This document shows, one piece after another, positions 52,373 to 64,000 of a DNA stretch of 64,000 nt (its first letter is position 1; the number at the start of each line of letters is the position of its first letter). Source of the stretch: Tubulanus polymorphus (taxonomy: Eukaryota > Animalia > Nemertea). The translations under genes were made by a program, and so were the position numbers. The notes under the pieces were generated by a model. That model was not told the origin of the DNA, did no database searches, and worked only from the letters and a program-made list of their open reading frames with translations. The stretch lies in the NCBI RefSeq assembly GCF_964204645.1, contig NC_134027.1, positions 26,312,560 to 26,376,559 of the forward strand, written 5' to 3'.

Positions 52373-53228
52373 TTATCTTCTGTACACATTCACTTTATCC
52401 ACCGGTTTTTATTGCCGTCAAAAATGAACTGGTCGTAACTCTGCCTCGGCTCGGCATGAGTCAGGTAGGAGCCATAAAATACGCGATTTCACCTAGGATA
52501 CGAGAAACCCGGGATTAATGGCGAACACAGTCATCCATCCGTCATCGATATTAAGTCAAATACTCGAGCGGAGTCGGTATAGACATCTGACTCAAACCCG
52601 CCAGCCACACCCCATTAAGTTCGGGGTCTGAAATGTTGTCGCCACTTGATGGATCATTTGGAGATTTATCACGGTACTTTACGGTTGAGTCACATAGTAA
52701 TATTCCCGAAATAAAACTTTTAGGCGGAAAGTCCCGAAATGAGATTCGCATTAGATGTGTAAATCATAAACTTATTTAAACAGAAATAATCGTGGTCTGG
52801 TTAGAAGATTTTTGACGCCGTTAAATCCGTTACATTAATGCATTTTATAGCGTAATGAATATAGTTGAGATCATTTCCAAGTCTTGATGAACATCATCAA
52901 CAGAAACCCACAATTTCAATTCAAAACAACTGTAATTTTTTTTCTTACGTTACGGGTAGAATTTATTTGAAAGAAAAAAAAATTTGAAATCTAATAAAAA
53001 ACAAAAACAATCGTGTTAAATTGATATTGTGGGTTTGACCCAATGATATTATACGTTATCATGGATGACACAAACGATTACTCCAATATTACGTATAGTA
53101 GTTACTCTAAACTCGCCCTTCAGATGGTACTGTGTCAGACGATGTGCACTACGTCATCAATAAATGTTATTTTTGCAGGCGTCAATAAAGATAGTTGTCT
53201 TGTTTTTAAGTGCACCGCAGACACGAGT

Positions 53229-53276
53229 TCTCTCTCCCTCTCTCTCCCTCTCTCTCTCTCTCTCCCTCTCTCTCCC

Positions 53277-53316
<40 letters not shown>

Positions 53317-53452
53317 TCTCTCTCTCCCTCTCTCTCCCTCTCTCTCCCTCTCTCTCTCTCTCCCTCTCTCTCCCTCTCTCTCTCCCTCTCTCTCTCCCTC
53401 TCTCTCCCTCTCCCTCTCCCTCTCTCTCTCCCTCTCTCCCCCTCTCTCTCTT
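53229..53452. repeat. (CT)/(CTCC) compound microsatellite
   Basis: ~220-bp polypyrimidine tract. Confidence 0.97.
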
Positions 53453-54670
53453 TCTCAATCTATTTTAGACTTATTGATAGAAAACGCTGGAAATAAAACA
53501 ACCTGAAAAATAAACGTTTGATTCGAACAAGATGTAAACAAAACGAGAGAAACTTTACATCACACACGAACTATGAATCCAACATTTCAAACCGAATATA
53601 CCCAACCGACAATACAAACTAGAGGTATGCTATCGGAGGTCTACACCAGAGTTTGCAGTTTGATAAAAACTTAGTATATGTGTAGTTCGAAATCCCGAAG
53701 GAATACGTGCAAACACGTGCAGCACGGGATTGCATTTAGGAGTCGGTTATAGTTCAAACACTGACCCCCCAGTTTCGCGTCCCCTGATAGAACGAACTGT
53801 TACTGCGCTCAGTGTTTATCCTTAGTTAATCCTCGACTGAACTTTTGTTCGTATCTCGTGTGGAAACTGATATTAACCTGTTAAATTCCGGTCTATTTGT
53901 ACACAACAGACATACGAGTGAGTGAGCGAGTGCGCTACGGCGTGTGGAACACTGACCAACATACTTCAACTTTAATACCACTAACTAACCTTCATCTATC
54001 TCATTATCTTCATTACGTCATTCAACTCAATCATCATAAGTTTCGTATCTTAAATCAATTCAATTATTGGGGTTTTTTATATAGAGATAATGCGAAATGT
54101 CCTCGACGAATACGACGGGGATGCCACAATAAACCCAACAGGAATACGAAATGTTCTGTTAATTGTGAATGATATTTTTCTGTAACGTTTCGGCTCGGAT
54201 CTAATGCTATCATCGGCCGTACTGTCGAAGAATAAAATTGACTGTATGAACCCTTTGCGAGCGCGTTTCGAGTGTGCAGGGGTTTTCCATAAAATAATAA
54301 TTCCATCTATGGAAAATTTGAAATGTGCCAAAAACGACAAAAGTACATAGTACCGTACAAAAATCAAACAAAGGAACGAGGTGAATGATTTAAAAGTACA
54401 TTCACATTTGACGGGACTCTTCGTCTGTTCAGTTGGATTTATTGGGTTTCCAGCGTATTGGGTTTTTTATTTGATTTTATAGTATATGAATTACACGGCT
54501 GATATATCAATGATATATCAGTGAGTTGATATATGAATGAGCCGATATATCAATCTCATGCAAATCCGCTTTTTCCTGTTTGTATTTTACATATAATCCT
54601 ATCGCAACAAAATACGTATATATCAAGTAGAAAATCTGTTCGATGAGTCACCGCCCGCTACCACCGGGGT

Positions 54671-54671
<1 letters not shown>

Positions 54672-54704
<33 letters not shown>

Positions 54705-54711
54705 ACTGCTG
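54672..54711. repeat. (GCT)n trinucleotide repeat
   Basis: ~13 units with one interruption. Confidence 0.95.
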
Positions 54712-55229
54712 TTTAAATACCTGATACAAAAATTCACAGATAAATCAAATAAAACGAATAATTTTCGATATTAAATCTACAACTGACCGTAAAACATAAC
54801 AGGTGGGGGGAAATATTAATCGCGGATTTAATGTAGATTAAGTTTATATTTACGACCGATATTTCGCTGTAACTTCCGGTAGACTAGCGAACTGAAACGG
54901 ATGTAAGATTAAATCCCGATGTAAAACGCGCTCGCGCCGAAAAATTTATCGCTTACGATTTAAAAACATCCGCTATGCACGTGATCATAAAACAATCGAT
55001 GATAAATTTATCGCGAGTAAACTTTGTGATTTTACTTAGAAAGAAAGAAAGAAAGAAAGAGAGAAAGAGAAAGAAGCGATTGCCGAGCTGCGCGTGAAGA
55101 GACGACCGCGCGGCGTCTGTCGACCACGACGCCGCCCTGGTGTAAAAACGCCGAACTAAACTATAAAACATGGAAAGTAAATGCACTCTACCTTCATCGG
55201 CAGGATCGAATCGTGTTCGTACTTTGAAA

Positions 55230-55266
55230 ACTTACCTAAAAAGAGAAAGAAAAAACAACTGTTAGT
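55230..55266 (-). promoter_or_regulatory. Candidate recursive splice site (3' splice site abutting a 5' splice site)
   Basis: Minus strand reads ACTAAC AG TTGTTTTTTCTTTCTCTTTT TAG|GTAAGT, with the junction between 55236 and 55235. Confidence 0.55.
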
Positions 55267-58200
55267 TTAAGATGTAAAACAAATTTCTGTCAGAGACACG
55301 TGGGTTTGAAAACAAACCACAAACAAAGCTCTATAAAACCCAAGGCATTTTCCCAGCCATTTTCTCTCTCGATATTTCGTGCTGCGCGATAGGACTAACT
55401 ATCATCTCCCGGCTGGGACTCTGGTGGCCCAAAAACTCTGCCCTAGATCCATCTTCCCGCTGCACGGATTCGAGTCGAATCGATGTCGCGTGGAACCACG
55501 ACGGCACGACCCCCCGCCGCAAACCCATACGCCATTCCTCAGCAGCTTAACGGACTCGAAACTTTTAACGTAATCTTGAAATGTGAGCTGAAATTCTGTA
55601 CCTTTCTGTAGCTGCTCCTGCGCATGAGGATTTCTACGATACACCGCGTATCCGCTATAATCCTTATACTAAAAACCAAGTTAAACGAACAAGTGAACGA
55701 TGCTGATCTGATAGATCTCGATTTTCTCTGTATTTACTAGAGTTTCTAGGGTTATGTTTAAACTACCACCTGACCACATTATCGGAAAGCGAGCTTCATT
55801 CGCTTCTCTTCGCCGATACATACAAATATACACGCGTTTTCGTTGAGGAAAAAATATGAACCGTCTGAAAAAAACTAATTCGAAGCAGATTTCTGTTTCT
55901 AAACTCGTTCGGTTGATATAGAGATGAATACTGATTTAAACTGATCAGAGGTATTACACAGCTTCTAGTTTCAAAAAGGTGTTGCTTTTATGACATTATG
56001 AATAAACGGTGGAATATTGCACTAAATTATTGAATTAAATTCGATTTTGAGATCTGTGGTATCGATCGAAACTTGAGTGCATTGCTCCGATCAAATGTCA
56101 GCCAGTAAACTGCTTCCCATCTTCCGAAACATTTACCTACTATGCACTAGTATTAGCGAAACTCAAAATAAAACTAGTTATCTTAAAATATCTCTGATTA
56201 TCTTGATTTCGCAACTTGTTTTAGTAAAATATTTTGTTCAAGTTCTATTACTAATTTGCAGCCAACGACAAAAGAGCTGAATATTGAATGCGTGGTCAGA
56301 AACACTATTTTCAGAATTGTGGCCGTTTACTTAATCCAGTAACCTTACAACTGATATGTATATGATACTAATATAATACTTTTAAAATATATTTATTCGT
56401 AAATTTGACCACACGAGGAGAGATTCAATGGTATAACGCGCGTATCATTGCTACAGAATTTTACATTTTTTAACTCGTATTCTACGTTTTTCGAGTTTAG
56501 TAAACATCCAACAACAAAGATTCCCCGGTGTTTAGGAAAACAAGCAAAAAAACAACCGCTAACTGGCAAACCACAGCGTGGGGTAAAAAACCCCGCCGTC
56601 AGCCACAACACCGCCAGCTAGCTCTCAATTCAAACATCAACATAGATCGGTTCAATCCGTGTTTTAGAGAGAACTAAATCCGACTTCAAACGACGACTCG
56701 GCGCTGATCAGGAAATCTGATTCCAGAAAAACGAACGGAAACAATTTTTCGAGTGGAAAAAATACATTATCGATGTCGAATCAACATAGAAAAATAGCGT
56801 TGATAATTAACGATTTTTTAACACGCAATAATCTGTACACGTGTGTAGAAGAGATTCACCAGTCAATAACAAAACTCATAAGAATATAGTCGTTATGAAT
56901 TTTTTGATATAGAACTAACGTCGCTTACGTCTTAAATTTTACCAAGTGTCCGATGTTACCAAGGAGTTGATTCAACCATGTATCCAGCACTTGGTGCTAA
57001 GCTGCGTTACTGGTACCGGGTTATATGAATGAAATGGGAGGTGGCGCCGTCTAAATAGATAAATAATGTCTTCGATCGCAGATTTTTTACAATCACTGAT
57101 GTCGTGATTCAATTATAATCATGTAATCATGTTTTTAGATAGTAAATCATTGCCAGGCACTCTGATCGGTTGATGCTTTCTAATTGTCTCATTTTTGTGG
57201 GTCGTAAACACTGCGATTAAGACTCACTCGTCCCAGCAGCAGCGATCACGTTATGTAATAGATTAATCTGTCTAATTCGACGATTTGTCTTCCTGAATAA
57301 AGAACACGTTCATTAAATTCTCATTAACTCGAATCATGAACTAATCATCAACTTGTCGTTAAAATAAATGATCTATGAGAAAACAAGATTTTAAAATGTA
57401 GGTCACACGATCATCGAGAGTTAATTCACTTCTAATTCAGGCCTGTAACTCACGATGTTCGGCGGCGATTAGTTGCCAGTGTATACTCGTAGATGGCAGC
57501 ACCTCGCAGACACTCTGATTCGGATACTTCGAACTCCGCGATGAATTTCCCGATCTTGCTCTAAATCTTTGTCACGTTACTGCTCTTAAGCCAGGGCACG
57601 TACGGATGCGGGAATCCGGTATACGTGACCGTGAACATACCGATAAAAGGGATATAAAACGTCTCACGTCTCACAGAGAACCCCAGTTTGACTCCGATTG
57701 AAATGTTTTCTCCGATTTTTGTTCACCTTTCTTTACAATCATTGAAATCACCGTTTAGCTAAACACCTTCGTAAATCTTCTCTGATTGATTCACTGTAAC
57801 TTTTAGTTAATCTTAATAGTACCGTCCCGGGCGCGTTAGAATGTCGCTACTGACTTTCGAGCTTGGACTTGATCGCGATCACTTCACGATGTTGTGAGCT
57901 AAATTCAGATTTTAACCGCCGTCCTGTAGACGGGTATTTTGCTTGTACTCGATAGAAATCGAATCGATCAGATTACTGAAAATCACGGATGTGTTTCTGT
58001 AGAACATTTCCGTTCTAGGAACCGACTTATAATTAGTAATCTGGTCACCCAGTACTGACTGTAAACTACAATCAATATAATACCACAGCATATGCTTTTA
58101 CTAAACTCAAAACATATAGATTGATATTGGAAAAACCGTTTGATTCACAAACTCTCGAATCTCGGGAGATGAAAGCGACTGAATTTAATGGTGATAGTAA

Positions 58201-59961
58201 ATCCTCGGTAGAGAGTCCACATAGTCGAATATCCAACAAAGAATAAACAGTTTCATTTTTACGTCATAATGAATTCCGACGAACGAGTGACCATTATAAC
58301 GTATTCTCGTGACAAATCTAAAATCCAGTATATTTTTGTATCAGTTTAGATTTGTCTTGAGAATGTGTAGTGTATGAACGGTCACCACCCGAAGTGATTA
58401 GATATAAAAAATGAGACTTTTGGGGGATATTAAATTTCGCACGTACCTTTACAATCACAGTGTCGTTCTCAATAACATCGCCGAAAGTGCAGTAGCCATA
58501 ATCAATAGAGTTTTTATCGTAAGTTTGAATTTCAGTTAAAATTCTACTGTCGCTCGATCCCATCTTTAGCTCGAATCGCTATCTGTCCAATATCAGAGGA
58601 TTTCTATCTGATAAACTGTATATATACCGCTGCCGAAAATTTGAAGCTATTTATATCCTAGACGTCGCGAGTAAAACATCAAACGATAACATCCTTTAAA
58701 ACAGGGATCGGATGACGGTGAATCCGCGTGAAATGAAGAAGCACATCAAAGTGACAAGAAAGAGATGACTGACGATATATGAGAGAGAGTCCACGAATCA
58801 GTAGGATGTCCATCAGTGCCGCCAATCTCTCGCAAACAGTTCATTCCTTTCATGTTTTATTGCATCAGACACGTTTTCTTTGTGTAATAAAACTAAAGAA
58901 GATTCTCTTAAATAATTTTACAGCCCAGTTAAACACACTGTTTATACACCGTACCAAAATATCGTATTTTCGTGCGTCTTGTATCCAAACATATGTTTCA
59001 AATACAACGCGAATTCTAAGTGTACTGGAAATCGTAATCGAATCTCAATTGTATAAAGGCCTCGATGTAACGACAGCCTGTAAAACTGAGTAATAACTAG
59101 TCCATTTCACCGCTCTACTTTCACCTACGGAAGATAATTTCTATCTTATTATGACGACGGAAATGGCCGTTGTCTTTGAACTCCGATACATTTGCCCGTT
59201 TAGATGTCACAATCCACTTCATATCGCAGTGGCGGTCGTATCTTCAAATGCGACTTTACTGCACTCGGAAACATCCTGTTATTGTGCAGATCAAAGTTCT
59301 TCTGCGAAAAAAGCGAATTTTCAATTTGCGATAAACCACTCAGCTCGACTGTAGTGAGCTCTTTACGAGCATCAAAAAGCTTCCATAAAGCGTCAGTGAT
59401 TGTTTGCTGTTACCATAAAACCGATTGCACTTGCTGAAACCGCGTCTAACGATGTAAACATGAATTTTAGAATTAGTCGGCAATTTGGTCACTGGTAAGT
59501 AATACAGTTCTAAACACATGTTCTCGGTTTACTGATGAAAGGTGCCGCTAAGCGGTAAGCGATTGGTAAGTATTCAGCGATAGTAACTGATCACATTGTG
59601 TTACGGATTATCCTAATAGTTATGGAGAGTTCAATCTAGTTCGGATGTCAAAACCAGATAACGCTGATCCACTGCATGAACTGACCGGACTGACCGACAT
59701 GAAGGTGCTCCGACTACCGTGCAAGAAGTGGTTGACCAGGTGTTATCAATCTAGGGCTACCGTCTGACGAGTCCCTTGGTCGCAGATTCTTCGCAGGTCC
59801 TGCGATTTATGATTTAGACCCACTTCCACAGTTTTTAAGTTATAGTAATGAAAATGAACTCTGAGTTAGAAGCTCTAACTCAATTTGGAAAGCTGGATTA
59901 TAGTCTGAATGAATTATCATCATTATTATTATTAACTCGAAGCGCAAACCTGGAACTGGAA

Positions 59962-60064
59962 GAGAGAGGGAGAGGGAGAGGGAGAGGGAGAGGGAGAGGG
60001 AGAGGGAGAGGGAGAGGGAGAGGGAGAGGGAGAGGGAGAGGGAGAGGGAGAGGGAGAGAGAGAG
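59962..60064. repeat. (GGGAGA)n hexanucleotide microsatellite
   Basis: ~15 perfect units. Confidence 0.97.
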
Positions 60065-61939
60065 CGTTGTCTTTTTGCCTTGTCTATATATCAATTCCTG
60101 GCATACCTATATTAGTATTATAAAACTTCATACAAAACTTCAATGAAAACAAACGAAAAATTAATTTTCGTTTCTAAAATAAAGGATCAATACATAGCAC
60201 GCCCTCATTGATTTTACCGTGTACATCGAACGGATAAAACGAAGCTTAATTAAACACTGATAGCATTACTCGATGGAAAATGCCCCCTGAACCATTGAAA
60301 TAGAATACTTCTGCGCTTTAGATGTATTTGAAATGAATTATATCAAAAGAATGTTCGTTTCAAACTTATCGAATTTCGCTTTTTAAATCAAATCGATCAA
60401 AGCCACAAAATGCACAAGACTCCAAATTTCTGTTGATAATCATTATTACCTGTGTCTCTGCGAGCGGTTTGTTTTCGCGTGTTTTTAAATGAACATTCGC
60501 GTAACGATGAAAGCTTTTCGCTGAGACTTCTCGAGCAGTTTCGGTATCAAAAGGTAAAAACGCGTAAATCAAATATAGGTTGGGTCTTTATAATATTTCA
60601 TGCCTCGATTACAGACAGAATGAGATAAAGATGAAAGGCTCACGCAATATGGGCGGACAACGTTATCTTATTCGTCGTCGTTTTTTTTCAAAGTCGATAT
60701 CGACTGTATTTATTTTTATATATACATGAAGTATCGAATCCCATTTCGAGTTGGATCTGGTGTCGTGTTACGTGGAATATGAGTTCAAGTGTTGAGGATG
60801 ATGTCAGTAAAAGTCAGTCTGATAAACCGCCCGTTTTTCTGTCTGTTCACCGCACAGTGTCGTTGTGACTAAAGACTGAGCCCCTGAGGTCTGAGCTTTG
60901 ATATTTTCAACATGCGAGATGTTTTAGAAGTTGACATCGCATGGAAACGATGCCATTCTTTGTAGTTTCTGCTAGTGCTGGTTCAGCGTTGGTTCTACGC
61001 CGCGCATCGAGGAGGAAACCCTGAGAACGACAATAGAATTCTGGAATCCTGAACTATGGAAATCAGTAATACAGTATTACCGGGGATTCACTGTTGCAAA
61101 GGTCAAACGTACTCGCAACGACAATACTCAATGAGTCACTTAGTTCCGATGAGATCCGCTAGTGGCGGCTAATCCGTCAGTGTTTGGCGGTGGTGCAGAA
61201 GCAAAAGCAAGCATCAACTCAAATGTCTATTTTTAACTCTCGCATTGTCACAACGTACGATCAATATACACACACACCACGAGACAGAAACCAGCCGTTA
61301 AACATAGAAAACATTGACAAAACACTGATCACAATCAGACAATTAATTCAATGATGTTTAAATGCGCTGGGTGAATTTACAGATCGTAAATAATTACGAC
61401 CGAAAATTGCGCAAATATAATAACCGCAAATCTCAAATACCGTTAAATTGCGTTTTTAATGTTATAAACTCTGCTACTTGTGGAAGTCTTTGATGAGATG
61501 TTAATAGATCGTAAACTGCTCGAGTTCTTATTCATAGCACTACGGTGATAAATATACCCGGTTGACAGATACAGCATGACGAGTAATAAATCACAGCACC
61601 ACAAGCAGCACCGGTACGTAAACCTACCACTACACGACACACTATCTTACCTCGATAATACTGTTTATCCGAACGAACGATTAAATGTCGGTTATTCCCA
61701 GAAATTCTGGTCAGAAAACGTTCGTCGTCGCGGCGTCTGAATCGTTCATGATTGCAGTCGTGTGTAGCGACGGTAAATAACAATGAGATAGATAGAGATT
61801 GAGAGAGGTAGAGAGAGGAGAGATGATGGCGCTAGATGAAGTATCGATCACGTTGAAGATGCAAGGAATAATAACACGCGCGCAGTGCACGCGTTCCGTT
61901 TAGTCGTGTGCTGACACCTGCGTCATCTCTGTCGCAGTC

Positions 61940-62148
61940 TCCTGTCAGTCTCTTCTCAACGACTTAACTGTCAGTCTCTTCTCAACGACTTTACTGTCAG
62001 TCTTTCCCCTACGACTTTGCTGTCAGTCTCTTCTCAACGACTTTACTGTCAGTCTATTCTCAACGACTTCACTGTCAGTCTCTTCTCAACGACTTTACTG
62101 TCAGTCTTTCCCCTACGACTTTACTGCCAATCTCCTCTACGACTTAAC
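61940..62148. repeat. 26-bp minisatellite (~8 units)
   Basis: Unit actgtcagtctcttctcaacgacttt, with variant actgtcagtctttcccctacgacttt. Confidence 0.95.
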
Positions 62149-62198
62149 TACAAAATCTCAAAAAGGCTGATGCTTCCTTATATACGCCATCAGTCTTA

Positions 62199-62395
62199 AG
62201 CCCAACGCACACGGCACCGAAAAAAACGTTTTTCCTCGTGAAAAAACGTTTTCGATGTTTTTTGTTATGCCGTGTGCGGGGGAGGCAAAACACAAAACGC
62301 CGAACTGAAAAACGTTTTTCACGAGCAAAAAGCGTTTTCTGAAAAACATGTTTTCTGTTTCGGCGAAACAAATGTTTTGCCGTGTGCGTTGGGCT
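62199..62395. mobile_element. Tourist-like (PIF/Harbinger) MITE, 197 bp, with TTA TSD
   Basis: Perfect 18-bp TIR agcccaacgcacacggca / tgccgtgtgcgttgggct. TTA lies at 62196-62198 and 62396-62398. The interior is also inverted (ctcgtgaaaaaacgtttt / aaaacgtttttcacgag). Confidence 0.9.
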
Positions 62396-62494
62396 TTATT
62401 GACTTTGACAAATTAGATTGCCGTCAATACAGACTTATCCAAAACTTCATCTAATTGCTAATCTGACCCGGTCCTAGATTTCAGTCCTCAGAGC

Positions 62495-62903
62495 TCTGGA
62501 TTCAGTGGCACATTCGTGTCAATCTAAAAACTACAGAACTAATATTGGTCTCAAGACTGTTAGATTAGCTATAGAACTAAGATGGTCTTAGACTGGTTAT
62601 TAATCTAAGCCACGATCACAAGACCAGGGGCTGGTTCCTCAGTTGAGACTTAAGTCCAAAAATGGTCTTGAATTTCAAGACTGGTCTTAAGTTGTTAGAT
62701 TGGTTATAGAACTAAGATGGTTTTAAATCAGTCTTAAGCCTAAGCAATGACTTCGGAACTGGGCCCAGGAGCCTCGGTTGCGCAGTCCTGACCTCAGTCC
62801 TAAAATGGCCGTGAATTTTAAGACCGGTCTTAATGATTTAGATTCATTATTATTCTTAAGCTGATCTCAAATCTAGGACATGACTGTAATATACTGGTTC
62901 CTG
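62495..62903 (+). mobile_element. Three abutting diverged copies of the 47-bp-unit MITE
   Basis: The middle copy (~62627-62766) has ends ggggctggttcc/ggaactgggccc and contains gactggtcttaagttgttagattggttatagaac. The neighbouring copies share the same motifs. Confidence 0.7.
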
Positions 62904-63844
62904 GTCATAAGTAGCAAAGAAACTACAAGATGTAGACGATGAATTTCAACCAATTAATTGATAATGAAGGGTAATTTATCAAACACGGTTGATGAAGTGG
63001 CTCTCGGTGAAGTTTGTGGCGTCATCGAGTATGGCACAGTCTAGCGTCTCATTACAGGTGAAATACAAGCCTAAACAAATACTAATTCATTACATGATTC
63101 ATCTAAACAAAAAGAAGTTGTTTCACGAGCAGATCTTGCCGATCCTGATCCGTCATGTGATTCACAATCTCATTTCAATCGAAGGTAATACTAGAATGAT
63201 CGATATATATTCGCTTTCCCCAGCGCTAATCCCGCGCGGTCCGAGATTCGTGAAATAAAAACACAGCAAGTCTAGACGTATTTGACAAGGACAGAGATAG
63301 AGTTATTGCATTATCATCGAGTGTCCGTCTGTCCGGACATCAACGCACACTGTCTTCCTGGCACGAATCTCAGTTTAGCGGGATAATTTTTTTTCGGAAA
63401 TAAAAATAGTACAGAAAGATGTGCACTGCCTCTGAAGATAAATGATAGCCTGTTTGCGGTATAGCGGCGTTAGGCGACTCGACGGACATCAAAGTCAGTT
63501 TCAAGTCGAGCGATGAATTGTCCTTTAGTTCACCGGTGCGACCGTTCTCTCCCGGGAACGAGTAGCGTAAATCGATCGTAAAAACTTTAACGACGGTGAC
63601 CCCCGGGACCTAACAGTTCCCGTGTGAGTACTATAACTGGTTCCTTTGTACGCCGCACAACAACGACTCTGAATCGTCTGCCGGTTATTCAATTCAATTA
63701 AACGCTCTTTAACGTAGAAAACCTCGTCGAAACACCTCTTCACGGTCGTTCAAAAAGTACCACCAAAACTGCCAGTGTGAAGTGTAACGAGGCAGAGGCA
63801 GGGCAACAAAAACGATTATGATGTGACAGTAAAATTCAAGTACT

Positions 63845-63912
63845 TACCGGGGATCGAACCCGGGTCTCTTACAAATAAAACATGCGTACTAACCAATAGC
63901 CCACTGGCCAAC
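63845..63912 (-). mobile_element. tRNA-derived SINE-like head
   Basis: Minus strand has TGGGCTATTGGT (A-box-like) and CCGGGTTCGATCCCCGG (T-arm with B box). No clean anticodon stem. Confidence 0.55.
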
Positions 63913-64000
63913 AGTTACGTATAATCAACTTGTTGTCGTATTTTGGTAATAACACAATTTGAAGTTATCTCAGAAATGATACTTACACTTCTTCGACGCC

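Noticed and set aside
53043-53506. SL/ER-rich ORFs (also at 36.5, 52.3 and 59.9 kb)
   Set aside because: These are translations of CT/GA microsatellites
58318-59920. Protein-looking frames at 58318-58563 (-) and ~59690-59910 (+)
   Set aside because: They have in-frame stops nearby, no convincing splice sites and no recognisable family
63845-63912. Functional tRNA gene
   Set aside because: Only the T-arm/B box is intact and the anticodon stem does not pair, so it is treated as SINE-like
1-64000. Frequent TGASTCA (AP-1) and TGACGTCA (CRE) motifs
   Set aside because: A rough by-eye count is near chance expectation for 64 kb, and the motifs show no clear clustering

Overview
This window is AT-rich eukaryotic non-coding DNA with abundant CpG, most consistent with an invertebrate animal genome. 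It reads as a very long intron or an intergenic desert. I recognise no protein-coding gene, rRNA, intact tRNA or CRISPR array, and the listed ORFs appear to be chance or repeat-derived. The sequence supports: (i) five larger tandem arrays (85, ~28, 47, 32 and 26 bp units), several with higher-order structure; (ii) PIF/Harbinger-type MITEs with 3-bp TSDs, one family of which carries a 47-bp internal unit in roughly 1, 3, 6 and 19 copies, like a snapshot of satellite birth; (iii) small foldback elements whose arms contain hammerhead-ribozyme core motifs (CTGATGA-stem-GAAAC), resembling Penelope-like retroelement termini; (iv) tRNA-derived SINE-like heads and microsatellites; (v) a textbook minus-strand recursive splice site (ACTAAC-polypyrimidine-TAG|GTAAGT) at 55236/55235, suggesting the window lies in a giant minus-strand intron. 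All calls were made by eye, and the boundaries of degenerate elements are approximate.
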